A stretch of 64,000 nt of DNA from Eledone cirrhosa (lineage: Eukaryota). The notes under the pieces are model-generated. The model was given only the letters and a program-made list of their open reading frames with translations. It did no database searches and was not told the DNA's origin. The stretch covers positions 286,750,001 to 286,814,000 of the forward strand of contig OZ024742.1 in NCBI GenBank assembly GCA_964016885.1, written 5' to 3'. The translations under genes and the position numbers were made by a program. Within the stretch, counting starts at the first letter, position 1, and the number at the start of each line of letters is the position of its first letter. Shown in pieces: positions 56,901-64,000 of this stretch.

Positions 56901-59900
56901 ATATAACCATCCTACCACTGTCTTCTACCACAACTAACAAATATATAACCATTCTACCATTGTATTCTACCACAACTAACACATATATACCCATCCTACC
57001 ACTGTCTTCTACCACAACTAACACATATATTACCATCCTACCACTGTCTTCTACCACAACTAACAAATATATAACCATTCTACCATTGTATTCTACCATG
57101 ACTAACACATATATAACAATTCTACCACTGTCTTCTACCAAAACTAACACATATATTACCATCCTACCACTGTGTTCTACCACAACTAACATATATAACC
57201 ATCATACCACTGTCTTCTACCACAACTAACAAATATATAACAATTCTACCACTGTCTTCTACCACAACTAACACATATATTACCATCCTACCACTGTGTT
57301 CTACCACAACTAACACATATATAACCATCCTACCACTGTCTTCTACCACAACTAACAAATATATAACCATTCTACCACTGTGTTCTACCACAACTAACAC
57401 ATATATACCCATCCTACCACTGTCGTCTACCACAACTAACACATATATTACCATCCTACCACTGTCTTCTACCACAACTAACACATATATAACCATCCAA
57501 TCACTGTCTTCTACCACAACTAACACATATATAACCATCCTACCACTGTCTTCTACCACAACTAACACATATATAACCATCCTACCACTGTCTTCCACCA
57601 CAACTAACACATATATACCCATCCTACCACTGTGTTCTACCACAACTAACACATATATAACCATCCTACCACTGTCTTCTACCACAACTAACACATATAT
57701 AACCATCCTACCACTGTCTTCTACCACAACTAACACATATATAACCATCCTACCACTGTCTTCTACCACAACTAACACATATATAACCATCCTACCACTG
57801 TCTTCTACCACAACTAACATATATATAACCATCCTACCACTGTGTTCTACCACAACTAACACATATATAACCATCCTACCACTGTCGTCTACCACAACTA
57901 ACACATATATTACCATCCTACCACTGTCTTCTACCACAACTAACACATATATAACCATTCTACCCCTGTCTTCTGCCACAACTAACACATATATAACCAT
58001 CCTACCCCTGTCTTCTACCACAACTAACACATATATAACCATCCTACCACTGTCTTCTACCACAACTAACACATATATAACCATCCTACCACTGTCTTCT
58101 ACCACAACTAACACATATATAACCATACCACAACTAACACATATATAACCATCCTACCACTGTCTTCTACCACAACTAACACATATATTACCATCCTACC
58201 ACTGTCTTCTACCACAACTAACACATATATAACCATCCTTCCACTGTCTTCTACCACAACTAACACATATATAACCATCCTTCCACTGTCTTCCACCACA
58301 ACTAACAAATATATAACCATTCTACCATTGTATTCTACCACAACTAACACATATATACACATCCTACCACTGTCTTCTACCACAACTAACACATATATTA
58401 CCATCCTACCACTGTCTTCTACCACAACTAACAAATATATAACCATTCTACCATTGTATTCTACCATGACTAACACATATATAACAATTCTACCACTGTC
58501 TTCTACCAAAACTAACACATATATTACCATCCTACCACTGTGTTCTACCACAACTAACACATATATAACCATCCTACCACTGTCTTCTACCACAACTAAC
58601 AAATATATAACCATTCTACCACTGTGTTCTACCACAACTAACACATATATACCCATCCTACCACTGTCTTCTACCACAACTAACACATATATTACCATCC
58701 TACCACTGTCTTCTACCACAACTAACACATATATAACCATCCTACCACTGTCTTCTACCACAACTAACACATATATAACCATCCAATCACTGTCTTCTAC
58801 CACAACTAACACATATATAACCATCCTACCACTGTCTTCTACCACAACTAACACATATATAACCATCCTACCACTGTCTTCCACCACAACTAACACATAT
58901 ATACCCATCCTACCACTGTGTTCTACCACAACTAACACATATATAACCATCCTACCACTGTCTTCTACCACAACTAACACATATATAACCATCCTACCAC
59001 TGTCTTCTACCACAACTAACACATATATAACCATCCTACCACTGTCTTCTACCACAACTAACACATATATAACCATCCTACCACTGTCTTCTACCACAAC
59101 TAACACATATATAACCATCCTACCACTGTGTTCTACCACAACTAACACATATATAACCATCCTACCACTGTCGTCTACCACAACTAACACATATATTACC
59201 ATCCTACCACTGTCTTCTACCACAACTAACACATATATAACCATCCTACCACTGTCTTCTACCACAACTAACACATATATAACCATCCTACCACTGTCTT
59301 CCACCACAACTAACACATATATACCCATCCTACCACTGTGTTCTACCACAACTAACACATATATAACCATCCTACCACTGTCTTCTACCACAACTAACAC
59401 ATATATAACCATCCTACCACTGTCTTCTACCACAACTAACACATATATAACCATCCTACCACTGTCTTCTACCACAACTAACACATATATAACCATCCTA
59501 CCACTGTCTTCTACCACAACTAACACATATATAACCATCCTACCACTGTGTTCTACCACAACTAACACATATATAACCATCCTACCACTGTCGTCTACCA
59601 CAACTAACACATATATTACCATCCTACCACTGTCTTCTACCACAACTAACACATATATAACCATTCTACCCCTGTCTTCTGCCACAACTAACACATATAT
59701 AACCATCCTACCCCTGTCTTCTACCACAACTAACACATATATAACCATCCTACCACTGTCTTCTACCACAACTAACACATATATAACCATCCTACCACTG
59801 TGTTCTACCACAACTAACACATATATAACCATCCTACCACTGTGTTCTACCACAACTAATACATATATAACCATCCTACCACTGTCTTCTACCACAACTA

Positions 59901-62900
59901 ACACATATATAACCATACCACAACTAACACATATATAACCATCCTACCACTGTCTTCTACCACAACTAACACATATATTACCATCCTACCAGTGTGTTCT
60001 ACCACAACTAACACATATATAACCATCCTACCACGGTCTTCTACCACAACTAACACATATATAACCATCCTACCACTGTCTTCTACCACAACTAACACAT
60101 ATATAACCATCCTTCCACTGTCTTCTACCACAACTAACACATATATAACCATCCTACCACTGTCTTCTACCACAACTAACAAATATATAACCATTCTACC
60201 ATTGTATTCTACCACAACTAACACATATATACCCATCCTACCACTGTCTTCTACCACAACTAACACATATATTACCATCCTACCACTGTCTTCTACCACA
60301 ACTAACAAATATATAACCATTCTACCATTGTATTCTACCACAACTAACACATATATACCCATCCTACCACTGTCTTCTACCACAACTAACACATATATTA
60401 CCATCCTACCACTGTCTTCTACCACAACTAACAAATATATAACCATTCTACCATTGTATTCTACCACAACTAACACATATATAACCATCCTACCACTGTC
60501 TTCTACCACAACTAACAAATATATAACAATTCTACCACTGTCTTCTACCACAACTAACACATATATTACCATCCTACCACTGTGTTCTACCACAACTAAC
60601 ACATATATAACCATCCTACCACTGTCTTCTACCACAACTAACAAATATATAACCATTCTACCACTGTGTTCTACCACAACTAACACATATATACCCATCC
60701 TACCACTGTCTTCTACCACAACTAACACATATATTACCATCCTACCACTGTCTTCTACCACAACTAACACATATATAACCATCCTACCACTGTCTTCTAC
60801 CACAACTAACACATATATAACCATCCAATCACTGTCTTCTACCACAACTAACACATATATAACCATCCTACCACTGTCTTCTACCACAACTAACACATAT
60901 ATAACCATCCTACCACTGTCTTCCACCACAACTAACACATATATACCCATCCTACCACTGTGTTCTACCACAACTAACACATATATAACCATCCTACCAC
61001 TGTCTTCTACCACAACTAACACATATATAACCATCCTACCACTGTCTTCTACCACAACTAACACATATATAACCATCCTACCACTGTCTTCTACCACAAC
61101 TAACACATATATAACCATCCTACCACTGTCTTCTACCACAACTAACACATATATAACCATCCTACCACTGTGTTCTACCACAACTAACACATATATAACC
61201 ATCCTACCACTGTCGTCTACCACAACTAACACATATATTACCATCCTACCACTGTCTTCTACCACAACTAACACATATATAACCATTCTACCCCTGTCTT
61301 CTGCCACAACTAACACATATATAACCATCCTACCCCTGTCTTCTACCACAACTAACACATATATAACCATCCTACCACTGTCTTCTACCACAACTAACAC
61401 ATATATAACCATCCTACCACTGTGTTCTACCACAACTAACACATATATAACCATCCTACCACTGTGTTCTACCACAACTAACACATATATAACCATCCTA
61501 CCACTGTCTTCTACCACAACTAACACATATATAACCATACCACAACTAACAAATATATAACCATTCTACCATTGTATTCTACCATGACTAACACATATAT
61601 AACAATTCTACCACTGTCTTCTACCAAAACTAACACATATATTACCATCCTACCACTGTGTTCTACCACAACTAACACATATATAACCATCCTACCACTG
61701 TGTTCTACCACAACTAACACATATATAACCATCCTACCACTGTGTTCTACCACAACTAATACATATATAACCATCCTACCACTGTCTTCTACCACAACTA
61801 ACACATATATTACCATCCTACCAGTGTGTTCTACCACAACTAACACATATATAACCATCCTACCACGGTCTTCTACCACAACTAACACATATATAACCAT
61901 CCTACCACTGTCTTCTACCACAACTAACACATATATAACCATCCTTCCACTGTCTTCTACCACAACTAACACATATATAACCATCCTACCACTGTCTTCT
62001 ACCACAACTAACAAATATATAACCATTCTACCATTGTATTCTACCACAACTAACACATATATACCCATCCTACCACTGTCTTCTACCACAACTAACACAT
62101 ATATTACCATCCTACCACTGTCTTCTACCACAACTAACTAATATATAACCATTCTACCATTGTATTCTACCATGACTAACACATATATAACAATTCTACC
62201 ACTGTCTTCTACCAAAACTAACACATATATTACCATCCTACCACTGTGTTCTACCACAACTAACACATATATAACCATCCTACCACTGTCTTCTACCACA
62301 ACTAACAAATATATAACAATTCTACCACTGTCTTCTACCACAACTAACACATATATTACCATCCTACCACTGTGTTCTACCACAACTAACACATATATAA
62401 CCATCCTACCACTGTCTTCTACCACAACTAACAAATATATAACCATTCTACCACTGTGTTCTACCACAACTAACACATATATACCCATCCTACCACTGTC
62501 TTCTACCACAACTAACACATATATTACCATCCTACCACTGTCTTCTACCACAACTAACACATATATAACCATCCTACCACTGTCTTCTACCACAACTAAC
62601 ACATATATAACCATCCAATCACTGTCTTCTACCACAACTAACACATATATAACCATCCTACCACTGTCTTCTACCACAACTAACACATATATAACCATCC
62701 TACCACTGTCTTCCACCACAACTAACACATATATACCCATCCTACCACTGTGTTCTACCACAACTAACACATATATAACCATCCTACCACTGTCTTCTAC
62801 CACAACTAACACATATATAACCATCCTACCACTGTCTTCTACCACAACTAACACATATATAACCATCCTACCACTGTCTTCTACCACAACTAACACATAT

Positions 62901-64000
62901 ATAACCATCCTACCACTGTCTTCTACCACAACTAACAAATATATAACCATTCTACCACTGTGTTCTACCACAACTAACACATATATACCCATCCTACCAC
63001 TGTGTTCTACCACAACTAACACATATATAACCATCCTACCACTGTCTTCTACCACAACTAACACATATATAACCATCCTACCACTGTCTTCTACCACAAC
63101 TAACACATATATAACCATCCTACCACTGTCTTCTACCACAACTAACAAATATATAACCATTCTACCACTGTGTTCTACCACAACTAACACATATATACCC
63201 ATCCTACCACTGTCTTCTACCACAACTAACACATATATTACCATCCTACCACTGTCTTCTACCACAACTAACACATATATAACCATCCTACCACTGTCTT
63301 CTACCACAACTAACACATATATTACCATCCTACCACTGTCTTCTACCACAACTAACAAATATATAACCATTCTACCATTGTATTCTACCATGACTAACAC
63401 ATATATAACAATTCTACCACTGTCTTCTACCAAAACTAACACATATATTACCATCCTACCACTGTGTTCTACCACAACTAACACATATATAACCATCCTA
63501 CCACTGTCTTCTACCACAACTAACAAATATATAACAATTCTACCACTGTCTTCTACCACAACTAACACATATATTACCATCCTACCACTGTGTTCTACCA
63601 CAACTAACACATATATAACCATCCTACCACTGTCTTCTACCACAACTAACAAATATATAACCATTCTACCACTGTGTTCTACCACAACTAACACATATAT
63701 ACCCATCCTACCACTGTGTTCTACCACAACTAACACATATATAACCATCCTACCACTGTCTTCTACCACAACTAACACATATATAACCATCCTACCACTG
63801 TCTTCTACCACAACTAACACATATATAACCATCCTACCACTGTCTTCTACCACAACTAACACATATATAACCATCCTACCACTGTCTTCTACCACAACTA
63901 ACACATATATAACCATCCTACCACTGTGTTCTACCACAACTAACACATATATAACCATCCTACCACTGTCGTCTACCACAACTAACACATATATAACCAT
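44916..64000. repeat. 42-bp satellite array (~450 monomers, continues beyond the window)
   Basis: Consensus CTACCACAACTAACACATATATAACCATCCTACCACTGTCTT in uninterrupted tandem; recurrent variant monomers in conserved order. Confidence 0.99.

Noticed and set aside
45423-64000. Very long Thr-rich and Val-rich ORFs as a mucin-like or membrane protein gene
   Set aside because: They follow from a 42-bp (3n) monomer; open on both strands, repeatedly frameshifted by 26-, 40- and 41-bp monomers, with no non-repetitive coding flanks
44916-64000. CRISPR array or telomeric repeat
   Set aside because: No unique spacers, no cas genes, eukaryotic context; no TTAGGG/CCCTAA units

Overview
Repeat-dominated animal DNA, most likely an octopod cephalopod (inferred from the SINE families and microsatellite load). 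No host protein-coding gene can be supported. The first 45 kb holds two Tx1/L1-clade LINEs of one family: a near-intact, apparently 5'-complete minus-strand copy at 1-4661 and a 5'-truncated, internally deleted plus-strand copy at 29632-34203. It also holds a 3' fragment of a related Tx1 subfamily, CR1 and RTE LINE fragments, about 20 tRNA-derived SINE copies of two families, several MITEs (mariner, Tigger/pogo, hAT, a long-TIR element), non-autonomous Helitrons, a tRNA-Gly pseudogene, a 200-N gap and many microsatellites. From 44916 to the end of the window lies a homogeneous 42-bp satellite (~450 monomers) with a ~1.5-1.8 kb higher-order repeat. Most notable: (i) the Tx1 family seems to target (TATC)n/(GATA)n in a fixed orientation, and carries a conserved splice-donor-like motif at the ORF1/ORF2 junction, an unannotated C-terminal ORF1 domain and a conserved 3'-UTR stem-loop; (ii) the satellite's higher-order structure; (iii) the same 45-bp SINE core is tandemly amplified at two loci; (iv) SINE copies share diagnostic variants that may be locally homogenised. 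The long ORFs in the ORF track over simple repeats and the satellite are treated as artefacts.
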